NCBI RefSeq assembly: GCF_006345805.1
Contig: NC_042998.1
Coordinates: 150,102,001 to 150,166,000 of the forward strand
Length of the DNA stretch: 64,000 nucleotides
Reading direction: 5' to 3'
Origin: Octopus sinensis
Taxonomy: Eukaryota
Below are positions 52,121-64,000 of this stretch, one piece after another. Position 1 is the stretch's first letter, and every line of letters starts with the position of its first letter. The notes below the pieces were generated by a model, which was not told the origin of the DNA, did not search any database, and saw only the letters and a program-made list of their open reading frames with translations. A program made the position numbers and the translations under genes.

Positions 52121-52678
52121 ATATTAAAACTTCTAGCGAGCAAACTCTGATTTTCTGTCACTTCATTGTGTTAGACATTTAAAGCAATATAACTGCACAG
52201 ATGTTATATAGACACCTTATACACACTTTAATCATGTTACTTGAAATGTACCAAGATATCACCAAAAAGGTCAGTCATGGTCGGAACCCTTTCTCTTACA
52301 GGTAAATTAGGATAAACTTGAAGTTAACCTTTAAGATTATGTCCATAAGAATATCTAGTCCTGCACCGAGATAAAATGAAGCTGCCTTTAAGTGAGTCAC
52401 TCAACCCGCTAGAAATGGCAGCCAAGTACCTTGTAATTCTTTCTTATTCTCTTCAAACACAATGAAGAACATGTTAGATAAAGTTGCCCGAGATACTAAA
52501 TTTGCTAAATTGAAGATGAAATAGTCACGATGATAACAACTTTGAATATACGTCCACAGGATTAAGATTGACCTGACAGTAAACAACAATTAAAAAAACA
52601 CAACTTCCACTACTTTCAACGCCTTCTCTTCCAGTATGAGAACCAACACCATTAAAGGATCATTTTTACTAGAAAATA

Positions 52679-52715
<37 letters not shown>

Positions 52716-52931
52716 AACTACTGCTACTACAACAACAACAACTACTACTACTATTACTATCCATATATAAATACTTTTTGTGTGTATGTATGCATGTATA
52801 TGTATTAAAAATCTCCAAAATGGAGGGAACACCATTCTCTATGTGATCGGCTTGAACATTTGTTAAGATACTTTGATATTTTCCTACTCATCATAACATG
52901 AAACCAATGGCAGCCTTAATTCATAAATAAA

Positions 52932-52977
<46 letters not shown>

Positions 52978-52980
<3 letters not shown>

Positions 52981-53037
52981 AATACGAGTTGTCCAGCGGA
53001 GGTGGGGGACAAACACAGATACACAGACACACACACA
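52978..53037 (-). mobile_element. Distal piece of the family A SINE split by the Tx1 element
   Basis: Minus strand TGTGTCTGTGTATCTGTGTTTGTCCCCCACCTCCGCTGGACAAC matches the post-microsatellite part of family A. Confidence 0.75.
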
Positions 53038-53048
53038 TAGATAGATAG

Positions 53049-53106
<58 letters not shown>

Positions 53107-53519
53107 TGTTTCTTTATTAGCCACACAGGGCTGCACACAGATAGAACAAATTACAAGGTAGAGCTTTTCTTTTGAAGGTTTAAAAAAAAAAAATAAATAA
53201 ATAAATAAAAAATAAAAATAAAATAAAAATAAAATAAAAAAAGGGGGGGTCGATCAAAAGGGATCGTAAAAGGAGAGAAAGAGGACAAAAAAAAAGGGAG
53301 GGTTAAAAAAAAAGGGGGAGAGGAAAAAAATTGATCAATAGGGATCGTTATCACAGAAATGTCAATATGAAGTGTAAAGGGGGGGACAGGTGAGGTTTAC
53401 CCGTGGAAAGAAAAGCCTACGGAAAAGACCACGGTAACCTCGGTCAATGAAGTCACATGTTATATTTCTTTTTTTTTTTTTTTTGCAAATAAGCAACTCT
53501 CTGTATTAATTTTTACGGT

Positions 53520-55862
53520 TCATAGAATCATAGTCAAGGTGGCTTCGTCATTCATACGTGCCATCCTTGCTACATTCACCCATCTTTTTTTAAAACATTC
53601 ACTAGACAAAACTTGCCTCTCTACTCTCACTTTTTTCTTCAAGTGATACTTGAAGAAGTTGATGAGAGATTGACCAGAGAGGAAAGTGTTTGTCTCTAAT
53701 CCTTTCAGACGCGTCCACCAGATACATTCTTTCGCCATAGCCACAAGTATGATAAAAACAGCTCTTCCTTCCCGTTTGAAGGAAGGAGGCGTGACGATAT
53801 TAACGATAGACTCGGCTGATAAACCGACACGTCCCACACGTGACAGCAGTCGTTCGACATAAGCCCACAGGTGGGAAATTGCTGGACACTGCACGATTGC
53901 GTGCAGAGCGGTTTCGTCGCTCTGCCCGCATCTCGGGCAGGTCGGCCCCGTGTTTCTCGAGCCATGCCTATAGAGCTTATCCCGAACGGGTAGCGCTTCT
54001 CGGTAGCACCGCCAGGCCAGGGATCTCTGGAAGTTGTCCATAGGTCCCGGGCCGAAAGTCGTTTGAAACAGGCGGGTCAGGTATTCCTCGTCGACGCCCA
54101 GGTTTGCCCCGAGCTCGTCGTCGTACCTCCCCTCCACTAATCCCCTATAGAATGCTTTGGTTGTGTTGAAGTCACTCAAGGTCGACCCGGGACGGCAGAG
54201 TTGCTTGAGAGCAACGCGACACTCGCGGTGCCATTCGCCCTTCTTCGGCCTCTTTTTGATCCACGACTGTAGTTCGGTCATGGAGACGAGTTGCGGGAAT
54301 GCGTGCCTCACAAACGGCGACCACACCTGTTCACCGTCGTCTACATAGAGCCGGAGATGTCGCAGTCTCAGCGCGTGTCTGCGCATCATCAACCACGGCA
54401 TGCCCAGCCCTCCTTTTAACGGGTGTTGACAGCAAATGGATCGCCTGACCATCGGGACGCATCCTTTCCACAAGAAGCGGAAGAGGATGCGTTCTAGTTT
54501 GGTGATGGTAGGGTCGGGACAAGGTACGACGGTCAGGCGGTAGTAGATGATGGACGCGATGTACGCGTTCACCACCTCCGCCCGACCTTTTAGGGACAGT
54601 TTCCTCTCGGCCCATTGCTGGGCGAGAGTGACCACCCTACTCGTTATCTCGTTCCAGTTCTTCTCCATTTGGAGGTCCGGACCGAACCAGACCCCGAGCA
54701 ACTCAACCGGGCCGTCTGTCCAGCGTCCCACGACGGAGGTACTGGTGGACGGCATGGGCTTGCTTCTCCAGGTGCCGAGCCGCAAGCCCACTGACTTTTC
54801 CCGGTTGATTTTTGCTCCTGTCACCGCTTCGTAGTCTTTCAGTGTCTCGCCGACCCGCTCGATGTGCTCGTGGCTTGACACTATGACGGTGACGTCGTCC
54901 GCGTATGCAGACACGCTCGTCCCGCATCCTAATTCTCGCGGGATGCCCCTCAGAGTCGCCAGCTTCCGCAGTAGTGGCTCAAGTGTCAATACGTATAGAA
55001 GCGCCGAGAGGGGGCATCCCTGACGGACCGAACGTGCAATGTCGAAGGGTCTCGATAGATGTCCATTTACGCGAATTACCGAACGGATGCCTCTGTACAA
55101 GGCAGCTATCCAGCCGCGGAAGACGGGACCGAAACCAGCCGCTCTCAGGACTGCCTCCAAGTATCGATGGTCTACCCTATCAAAGGCTTTCGATTGATCC
55201 AAGTTGATCAGGGCCCCACCCATGCCAGGTTCGTTAACTACCCTGTCTATGATGTAGCGCATCAGATGGAGGTTGTCATGGATGCTCCGGCCCGGCACGG
55301 CGCACGTTTGTGCGTTGTCGACCAGTTTCTCCATGACAAGCGCCAACCTCTTGGCTAACACCTTTGTCAAAATTTTCAGGTCTGCATTGAGCAGAGTGAT
55401 TGGCCTAAAGTTATCTATAATGTTTCCCTTGTTTGGATCTTTCTTCAGCAGAGTTACAGCTCCTCGACTCACAAAACCGGGTATGCTCCCGTTTTGCTGC
55501 CAGTTGCAGTATACCGCTGCCAAGACGTCTCCAAACAAGTCTGGCATACAATAGTAAAATTCGTAGGGTAGACCATCCAAACCCGGTGATTTGTCCCTCG
55601 AGCATTCTGCCATCGCTTCCCGCACTTCCGCCGCCGTGATGGCACCTTCGCAGCACCCTGCCTTTCTTGTCGAGAGTCGTGGCAGGCTATGTAGGTAGGC
55701 ACTGAAGTCTACCCTACGTTCTTGCCCTCCACTCGTCCCGAACAGTCGGGCAAAATGCTGCTGAAAGGCCTCACACATTTTACTTGGCTCGAGCAATTCG
55801 CGCCCCTGTTCATCTACCAGTGACCGAATGGTGGCTTTGTTGCCCTGTTGCGCCTCTGCCAC
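53520..55862 (-). CDS. Tx1 ORF2, RT and C-terminal zinc-knuckle portion (780-aa open segment)
   Basis: KSPGLDGLPYEFY, FRPITLLNADLK, LDQSKAFDRVDH, VRQGCPLS, YADD, CPRCGQSDETALHAIVQC. Confidence 0.92.
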   Translation of the reverse strand: MAEAQQGNKATIRSLVDEQGRELLEPSKMCEAFQQHFARLFGTSGGQERRVDFSAYLHSLPRLSTRKAGCCEGAITAAEVREAMAECSRDKSPGLDGLPYEFYYCMPDLFGDVLAAVYCNWQQNGSIPGFVSRGAVTLLKKDPNKGNIIDNFRPITLLNADLKILTKVLAKRLALVMEKLVDNAQTCAVPGRSIHDNLHLMRYIIDRVVNEPGMGGALINLDQSKAFDRVDHRYLEAVLRAAGFGPVFRGWIAALYRGIRSVIRVNGHLSRPFDIARSVRQGCPLSALLYVLTLEPLLRKLATLRGIPRELGCGTSVSAYADDVTVIVSSHEHIERVGETLKDYEAVTGAKINREKSVGLRLGTWRSKPMPSTSTSVVGRWTDGPVELLGVWFGPDLQMEKNWNEITSRVVTLAQQWAERKLSLKGRAEVVNAYIASIIYYRLTVVPCPDPTITKLERILFRFLWKGCVPMVRRSICCQHPLKGGLGMPWLMMRRHALRLRHLRLYVDDGEQVWSPFVRHAFPQLVSMTELQSWIKKRPKKGEWHRECRVALKQLCRPGSTLSDFNTTKAFYRGLVEGRYDDELGANLGVDEEYLTRLFQTTFGPGPMDNFQRSLAWRCYREALPVRDKLYRHGSRNTGPTCPRCGQSDETALHAIVQCPAISHLWAYVERLLSRVGRVGLSAESIVNIVTPPSFKREGRAVFIILVAMAKECIWWTRLKGLETNTFLSGQSLINFFKYHLKKKVRVERQVLSSECFKKRWVNVARMARMNDEATLTMIL

Positions 55863-56954
55863 CCGGCCTCTCTCGCGGCTCCAACACCTTCGTTCCTTAG
55901 AGCACGCATCCTAGCTCTGACAGCACATCCTTCGTGTTTGGCGTTGAAGTGTTGGTCGAGGGCCAACCTCGCCGCCAAAACGTCGGATGCGATGCCGCTT
56001 CTAATTGCCTCTTCTAGCTTCTTAACTAGCTCACCCTCTACTCTATTTCTATCTATGGCTAGTGCTTTGCTGTACCTAATCGCTTCTGCTTTTACTGCTC
56101 TCTTGAGGGCAAACCACCATTTGTTGTTGATGATGGCTCCCGTCAAAGCCCTCTTTACTAGTGTGCTAATCCGGTCTCTGAAAACTTGTCTGGACGGGAA
56201 TGATGCGTTCAGTTTCCAGTACCCAGGACCCTGTCTATGTGCCTTATCTAAGTCTAGCGTACACGTCACCAATTTGTGATCCGTGTAGCTGACTGTGTGG
56301 AATTGTGGACATCCTAAGTTATCCTTGTCTACTGTCCTACACAGTATCCTATCTAGATACGATCTCGACGACCCACTGCGGTTGCTCCATGTCCACGTTG
56401 GTGCATTTGGGTGGTCGAGTCGGTACCTGTCAGACAGTTGGAATCGTCTGAGCAGGTCTCTGAGGCATTTGCATCCCCTTCTGTTTCTGTCTCTACCCAC
56501 GTAGTCTACATGCGTGTCCAAGGTAGCATTCCAATCCCCACTAAGAGTAAAGGACGAGACGTTCCCAAGAATACTTCTAGACGTCGAAAGAAATCCGCCC
56601 GACCTGTTAAGGGCGGTGCGTAGACTGATACGAGTCGAAAAGCGCACCCATTGCTGCCGTCAACATCCAGAACGATCAGTCTACCCTCCGGGTCTACGAA
56701 TATCGTCTTGACTTCGAGATCCAGGCTCTTGTGAAAAAGTACCGCGGTGCCACTACCGCCCATCCTCGGCAGACAGGGAGCGAAATAAATGTTAAACTGT
56801 CCGCCAAACATGGACTTTAGGGCCCGTGGCTCGTGGAGTCTGGTCTCACTTATGGCTATGATTCCCAATCATGTGACTTGATGTCATTTAGGAGGTATCC
56901 TTGTTTCCAAGGAGACCCCAAGCCACGCGCATTCACACAACCAATCTTGACCAT
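55814..56954 (-). pseudogene. Tx1 ORF2 N-terminal APE endonuclease portion, split by frameshifts
   Basis: ATG at 56954 gives MVKIGCVNARGLG, then IAISETR, VSVYAP, GDWNATL, SYLDRIL, YTDHKLV and YWKLN in successive frames. Confidence 0.9.
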
Positions 56955-57004
56955 GATTCTATTGGGGTGTGTGCTTTAAAACACACAAATGAAAGTACAG
57001 AGAG

Positions 57005-58888
57005 TTACTTACTTGTGTCGAAAGTTTTGGCTTCCTCGTTCTTTGATGTGTCTTCGAGGAGGTTTCTATATAGTTTTTGGGACAGATATTTCTGGAAACC
57101 CCCTACAGCATTTGGGAAGAGGGCTTTGAGTTTGTGGTGTTGTGTTTGTGTGATGTGTAGTATTTTGATGTGTTTGGGTGGTGTAGTGCGTGGATGATTG
57201 CTATTTTTAAAGTCATCTTCACAATGTTTGTGTATCCTGTGATGTACTCCATTAGTTTGGAGTCTTTTGTGTCTATCGCTGATAGCATTGTTTTTGTGGT
57301 GTCGGTGCTTGTTTTGTTGTGTATGGAGTTTTCAGGGTTCAGGTATCTCCCTGCTTTGGTTGCGATTTCTTGTTTGGTTTTTCTTGATCTTTTTCTTTTA
57401 CCCCCTGTGGCTATTTGCCATTCTGTCGAACTTTCATCGTTAGATGAAAAGTCTGACGAATCAGCAGGGGGCAAGGGTAAAGCGTCTGGGTGTGTTTGTG
57501 CGGTTGTAGATATTGTTGTGGTGCGCGGGGAGGGTGTTGCTGGGGGGTTTGTTGTGGTTATTGTCTCTCCTACATCCTTGGTGCTTGTCTTCTTCGTTGT
57601 TATTCTTGGTGTTGGAATTGGTTTATTTGTTGTTGGTGGTGATGATTCTGTTCTTGGCGCTGGTGTTGGTGTTGTTTGGTTGGGTTGTCTTGTTCTTTGT
57701 TGTTTTTCCTGCATTTCCGCATACAGCTTCTTGACTAGCTGTCCATATTGTGGTGTGGGCAATAATCCTGGCTTTTGTGATTTTTCCTGTGGCTGTTGTT
57801 GTTGTTGTAATTTTGCGGCAGATTTGCACTCCTTTTTGAGGTGTGCCTCACTGCCACATGTATCCTTCTGCCCTCGACTACTACGTATAACTTGCGGCCA
57901 TCCTCAAGATGTACGTGGGTGGGGATTTTATTTATGTCCTCTTGACTTATGTGGAAGAGGAACTCTATTCTCTTTCCCAGCCAGTCCTTGTTTTCCGAAA
58001 CACCGATATCTAGGATGTTTATGTCCTCCATTTCGGATGTTACGCGGATGTAATCCACAGTGTTGTAGTCACTTGGGGGACACCACTGATAATGACTTTC
58101 GTCACCTTCTGGCCGAGGTAACTCGGTGTCAACGTTAGTTCATCAGAATGAAGGGTTATCGTTGAGAATTTCTTCGCCAACTCTTCATTCTGAAAAACCA
58201 CCTGTACGTGTGCGAACTTGTTTGCCCAAGTCACACAATCCTTGTATCCCCAGATGGGGCGTAAGCACTTTTCGACTTTGTCTGTGCTTGCCTTTTCTGG
58301 ACTTTTTGTTTTTTTATTTGTGATTTTATATACAATTGTCTTTTTTTTCTCCTCATTCAGTATGTGCTGAGGTATGTGTAAGAGTATTTTTCCGTTTTGA
58401 TTTGTAATAAGGTTTCTGCAATCTTTAATCTGTTGTGTAGTAAACGAAACTTTTGTTACCTTTTCTTTTATCGCCTCGGCGAAGTTTGTTGTTGTTTTGT
58501 TATTGTTGTTACTGTTGATGTTGATGGCAGGGGTGTGGGTTGTAGGTTTGTGGTTGCTGATTATGCAACTAGCAAGGGGTGGAAAATTGCCTGCGTAATT
58601 TAGTCCTGCATTAGCGCAAATTTCGGCATTTCGTTTGCTTGTCGTCATTTTTTCACTTGTTGGTGATGGAGTGAGCAGTGGTTGAAGGGAATTGTTGTTG
58701 TCGTCGTCGTCGTTGTTGTTGTTGTTGTTGTTGTTGTTGTTATTGTCGTTCTTGGTGACGGCGGTGGTGTTAGTAGTATTAGTAGCATTGACGGCACGGT
58801 CTTTGGTGGCGGTGATGGTGATGTTGGTATTGTTATTGGTGGCGACGTCTTTAGTAGGGATAGCAGTTTTAGTAGCAGATTCTGCCAT
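57005..58888 (-). pseudogene. Tx1 ORF1 (frameshifted; poly-Asn tract, RRM-like region, damaged CCHC knuckle, Thr/Pro-rich tail)
   Basis: Segments 58040-58888, 57735-58058 and 57103-57762; CGSEAHLKKEC in a shifted frame near 57850; last frame ends KTFDTSK-TAA at 57005. Confidence 0.75.
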
Positions 58889-59319
58889 GGTGTGTTGTCG
58901 GTGTTGGTGGTGGTGGTGGACTCACTGATGGTGTTGACGGTGCTTGGCCTTGCGACCTTTGTTTTGTATTTGTTGCTGTTGTCGATGTTGATGGTGGCGG
59001 AGTTGTCAGGTTCAGCGTACTAACAGAGCATCCTGTTTTTCTGCCTCTGCGTCACGGTTGACTTGCACCTCAGCCTCGTGGTGACCAGTGGCCATTTTGG
59101 AAATAAAATGGCTAAATGAAACCACGAAGGCTATGAGAATTTTTTCTTTTAAATTTTGCCCACAAGGGGCAAAATTTTGTGTAGATATTTATCAAAGGTT
59201 TACAGTGGATGTTGTTGCACAACTTTTAAGCACAAAATGTTTGTCAATATACACTTTTAAATGGTCAAAATAAATGATTACCTTCGGAGCTGAAACGACA
59301 TCACATCCGTCAGAGAGAT

Positions 59320-59582
<263 letters not shown>

Positions 59583-59752
59583 CTACACACGCAATCTCAT
59601 ACACATAGAGACACTCACATAAATATGTATGTGTGTTTGTGTGTTTTGAAGAAAGACATTCCCCGCGTGTTACATTATTCTAAAAATAGAGGAGACTATT
59701 TCTTTCGGTAGTTTTATTATAAGAATTTCTGGGGATTTTCTGCTCTATACCT

Positions 59753-59794
<42 letters not shown>

Positions 59795-59896
59795 CTCTCC
59801 CCCTTTCTCTCCCTACATCACGTACATACACTCATATATATGCATATATATATATATGTATGTATATGTATATCTTTATGGATATATTCATGTGTG

Positions 59897-59949
<53 letters not shown>

Positions 59950-60332
59950 ATATACATATGTGTGTACATATTTATAAATGCGTATGCATTACCAACGGCA
60001 TTGCCATTATACCCACCACCGCCACCTCCAAACCTCAGCATCAACACCGACACCAGTAATACACCGCTTCCTACAACCATCTGTTTCTACCATTAGCGAC
60101 GCCATTCCAACAACAGCTCATTATTCAACGATGATGATGACATCATTAGTTTCAATGATGTAATCATACAGATATTCAAAACACACAACTCCCACGAAAA
60201 GAAACGAAAAGAAGCAAGAAAAACAAATACTAGTATGGATAGATTCTCTACGATTTCTGCGATAATGCAAAGAGACCTTCATCCTTTAATACTTTTTATT
60301 TCTTTAATTTGTACATCGCCTTTTTCCTCTCC

Positions 60333-60379
<47 letters not shown>

Positions 60380-60642
60380 ATACACATATATATATATATA
60401 TGCAAACACACAGACAAACAAGTGCGCGCGCATACACACACATACTCACACACACGCAGTCACACGCACACAGATATATATCGCTTACATGCTACCTTAA
60501 AGATAATGTATTGAAAGCGGTTTGGGCTTTATTTGAAAGAGGTTACTTATGATTTTGCATGTTTGTAGTATGAATTGTACTCGCATATATATATATATGT
60601 AGGTAGGTAGGTTGGTAGGTAGGTAGATAGATATATAGATAT

Positions 60643-60742
<100 letters not shown>

Positions 60743-61460
60743 ATATGTATGTACGTATATATTTGTGTGTGTGAATACAGACATGAATGCATTTATTATG
60801 CATCCCTTTATAGAGTGTACTTATGTATGTATATATCTTATAAATTATAAAATTGTAATGCTAGCGTAGGCTTTTTTTATAAAATGAGAAGGGTGCAAGA
60901 GTGTTAGTGTGAGGGAAATGAGGTGGCATAAGGAGAAAACCGGATATCAAGGAAGGGGAGAACAGAGTTGTGTAAGCTACAAATATAGTGGCAGTGGGAT
61001 GTTAACGTTAATGCAGCTGTCATTCAGGGATACATACGCGCTCGCTTTCATAACATAAAACGCTTAACAATCGTACGGCTGTTTTGCTGAGCTATATAGG
61101 AAATGTGGGGATGCGAGCCGAGTTGTACTGAAGTTATCACAATGGACGCGGCATATACATACATACACATACACATACATACACACGCGAATATAAATGC
61201 GTGCGCGCGTACATACATACATACATAAATATATACAAAAATACGAACGTACATCAATGCAAATACACATCAGTAACTTTTAGAAAGTTGGATGTGAGAA
61301 ATACGTAGCTGTAAGGAGAGAGGGAATTGGTAAGTTGACAATAATTGTTCTCAGGCAGCGTTTCTGTTGTCTATCACAAAGAAACACTCACTCACACACA
61401 CACATACACGCATGCACACACACATACATACATACATACATACATACATACATACATACA

Positions 61461-61491
<31 letters not shown>

Positions 61492-61659
61492 GTCAACTAC
61501 ACACCATCTTCAACACGTGATTACCTGTATGTACGTTTGTAAATGTGTGTGTGTGTGTATGTGCGTGTATGTGCACGCGCGTGTGTGTGTGTCACATCCT
61601 ATAACTATCTGTCTCTCCTTCTCTCTCAAGTCTTCTCTATTGCTGTCACATATTTTGAA

Positions 61660-62123
61660 ATTTTAAAATTAAGTTGAGATTTTCAAATTTGGCATATTGA
61701 TATAAATTTTCACGTTAGGGGCTTAAAGTTTGACCAGTTTTACTGAATCATAAAATAGGATTTAGATGCTAGTATTTTTTGCATGGTAGCTGTTTATCAG
61801 AAAATAAAAGCAAATGCATTACGAGGAGAAATCCTTAGTAAACAAAATGAAAACAAAGCATTACGACGACTAAACTTTTAAGAACGTGTGAAGTTTTAAT
61901 AAGTTTTCATGAATAAAGCCATGTGAAACGATCGAACAGACATGAAAATAATTTAAAAAGGAAAAAATCCTCAACGAAGCTCTTTTGCAATAATTTGCAT
62001 ACATCTGTTCTGGTCAAGAGGCCTATCTATCGGAGAAGGTCTGAACTAACAAGGAATAAACAAAAATTCAAATAAGACATTCTATCGTAAAAATTGCTCG
62101 GCAACGACGGGCTCCTCAGTTAG
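61660..62123 (+). mobile_element. Decayed Helitron-like element
   Basis: 3' end GCTCGGCAACGACGGGCTCCTCAGTTAGT resembles the hairpin plus CTAG terminus of the 42.7 and 46.7 kb elements; 5' boundary uncertain. Confidence 0.45.
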
Positions 62124-62195
62124 TGTATGTATGTATGTATGTATGTATGTATGTATGTATGTATGTATGTATGTATGTATGTATGAATGAATGTA

Positions 62196-63406
62196 TACTG
62201 GGGTTGGACAAAATAATGGAAGCACCTTAAAATTTCAAACAAATTTATTTTAATATGGGGTAGGACCGCCTTTGGCGGTAATTACAGATTGAATTCTACG
62301 AGGTATGGAAAGTTTGAATCGTTTCCAAAGGAATTTCTGTCTATTCTTCAGCTAAAACAGTTTCCAGTTCTTGTAGTGATGTTGGTGGAGAATATCGACT
62401 CCTTACTTGTTTCTCTAAAATGCACCATAATAATTCGATAATATTGAGATCTGGGGACTGTGGTATCCAGATAAGATGTTCAACTTTACTAGAATGTTCC
62501 TCGTGCCATTCAGTAGTAAATTTAGCTGTGTGAATTGGTGAATTTGATTAGATAAAATGCTTAAATAGTCCTGACTATTAATTCTGCCATGGAGGGAAAG
62601 CACTGGGCCGGTGGATTTCCAAGATATAACCCCCTCCCCCAGATCATCACAGATCCGCCTCCATGTTTAAAAATTGGAATAAGGCAGTCTGGCTGAAATG
62701 CTTCTTTTGGCTGTCTCCACACATATACTCGATCGGTGGTCGGAAATAGGGTAAAGGATGGCTCGTCTGAGAAAATGACATTCTTCCGCTGCTCTAGCGG
62801 CCAATTCTGTAGGTTTTTACTCCACTCTAAACGCTTTGCAACGTTTGATTTTGAAGGTAGTGGTTTTCTGATTGCAGCCCTCCCGTGAAATCCGGCTTTA
62901 TGAAGCTCCCGGCGAACAGTTTTTGTGGAAATTTGGTTCTCGAGGTTGTTGTTAATACTCTGCAGTAATTTTGGGAGCTGTACTTTTGTGATCCTTTCTA
63001 ACAAATCGCGTAGGAGTCCGACGGTCCCTATTTGAGAGTTTGGGATTTCTTCCGGAGTTTTGTTTCGATGTGGAGGTTTTCCCCTCTTTCTCAAAGGGTG
63101 TCATTACTTTCGAGGCAGTACTTCTTGATACACCAAACATTTCGGCTGGTTTCGTTAAGCTAGCACCTGTCATACGAGGAGCAATAATTTGACCTCTTTG
63201 AAAGTCCGAGAAATCTGTCATTTTAATGAATTTTGATTACCTTTTTCTAATGATATCTGAAAAGAAACAGCAATTTTAGCAAAACATATTAAGCAACACT
63301 AAAAAGAAATCAAAAACATAAACTTAAACCAGCTACTGACGGTTTTATAGATATTTCAAAATTATGATGCTATGATGCTACGTGTTTCCATTATTTTGTC
63401 CAACGT
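62196..63406 (-). mobile_element. Decayed Tc1-family transposon
   Basis: TIR core GTTGGACAAAATAATGGAA at both ends; MTDFSDFQRGQII...GVSRST (HTH), TVRRELHKAGFHGR, VIFSDEPSF, HGGGSVMIWG. Confidence 0.92.
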
Positions 63407-63435
63407 ATAAACATGTATATGTATGTGTGTATATA

Positions 63436-63528
<93 letters not shown>

Positions 63529-63566
63529 ATATATTATTATATATATATATATATATCTATATATAT

Positions 63567-63616
<50 letters not shown>

Positions 63617-63823
63617 TAGGAAAGAATGGAGCTGAGCGAAGATTTAACAAAATTCCTTTATTTTATTTTCGACATATGTTTCGAAGTCTGCAAAATCCCT
63701 AATTCCGAATGAATAAGGAGTCCATTATGCAGCTTTCTCTTCAGGAAAATCCAGGAACTTCTTTCGCCAACAAAATGCACAACAAGTTTTTAGATGACTG
63801 CTCACGAGGAGCCCATAGCGATA

Positions 63824-63855
<32 letters not shown>

Positions 63856-64000
63856 AACACACACAAATGCATATATGAGAAACGTAATAAATCTTAATTG
63901 GTGTTTATGAGATTTATATAACATATGCAGATTTTCTCATCTAGTTGGCTGGTTCCTCAATATATACATGTGTATATGAGTGAGTGTGTATGAGTGAGAG

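Larger units (their letters stand above)
53107..59318 (-). mobile_element. Near full-length Tx1/L1-clade non-LTR retrotransposon flanked by (GATA)n on both sides
   Basis: 5' UTR, ORF1 (RRM-like plus knuckle), ORF2 (APE, RT, CCHC), 3' UTR ending GGCTAATAAAGAAACA; (GATA)n at 53038-53106 and 59319-59422. Confidence 0.93.

Noticed and set aside
57170-58138. 322-aa plus-strand hydrophobic ORF
   Set aside because: It is the antisense shadow of the Thr/Pro/Lys-rich Tx1 ORF1; there is no independent evidence.

Overview
AT-rich, microsatellite-dense animal DNA made almost entirely of transposable elements and their relics. The SINE families and repeat style resemble a cephalopod (Octopus-like) genome; this is inferred, not checked. 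No intact host gene is evident, only a weak fibronectin-type-III-like exon or relic near 9.7-10.9 kb. Main elements: a near full-length Tx1/L1-clade LINE (53.1-59.3 kb, minus strand, frameshifted) inserted in the internal (GATA)n of a tRNA-derived SINE; an ORF1-only Tx1 derivative with a perfect 16-bp target-site duplication (TSD) inside the tRNA head of the same SINE family (2.1-4.3 kb); a 3.4-kb Penelope-like palindrome with a minimal hammerhead ribozyme in each arm (43.0-46.4 kb), plus older inverted hammerhead pairs; a decayed near full-length RTE LINE; and CR1, RTE, R4/Dong, mariner, maT-like, Tc1, Helitron and MITE fragments. The most unusual observation is a 17-nt complementarity between the ORF2 start-codon region and the ORF2 stop-codon region of the Tx1 element. 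All alignments and folds were done by eye, and boundaries of decayed elements are approximate.
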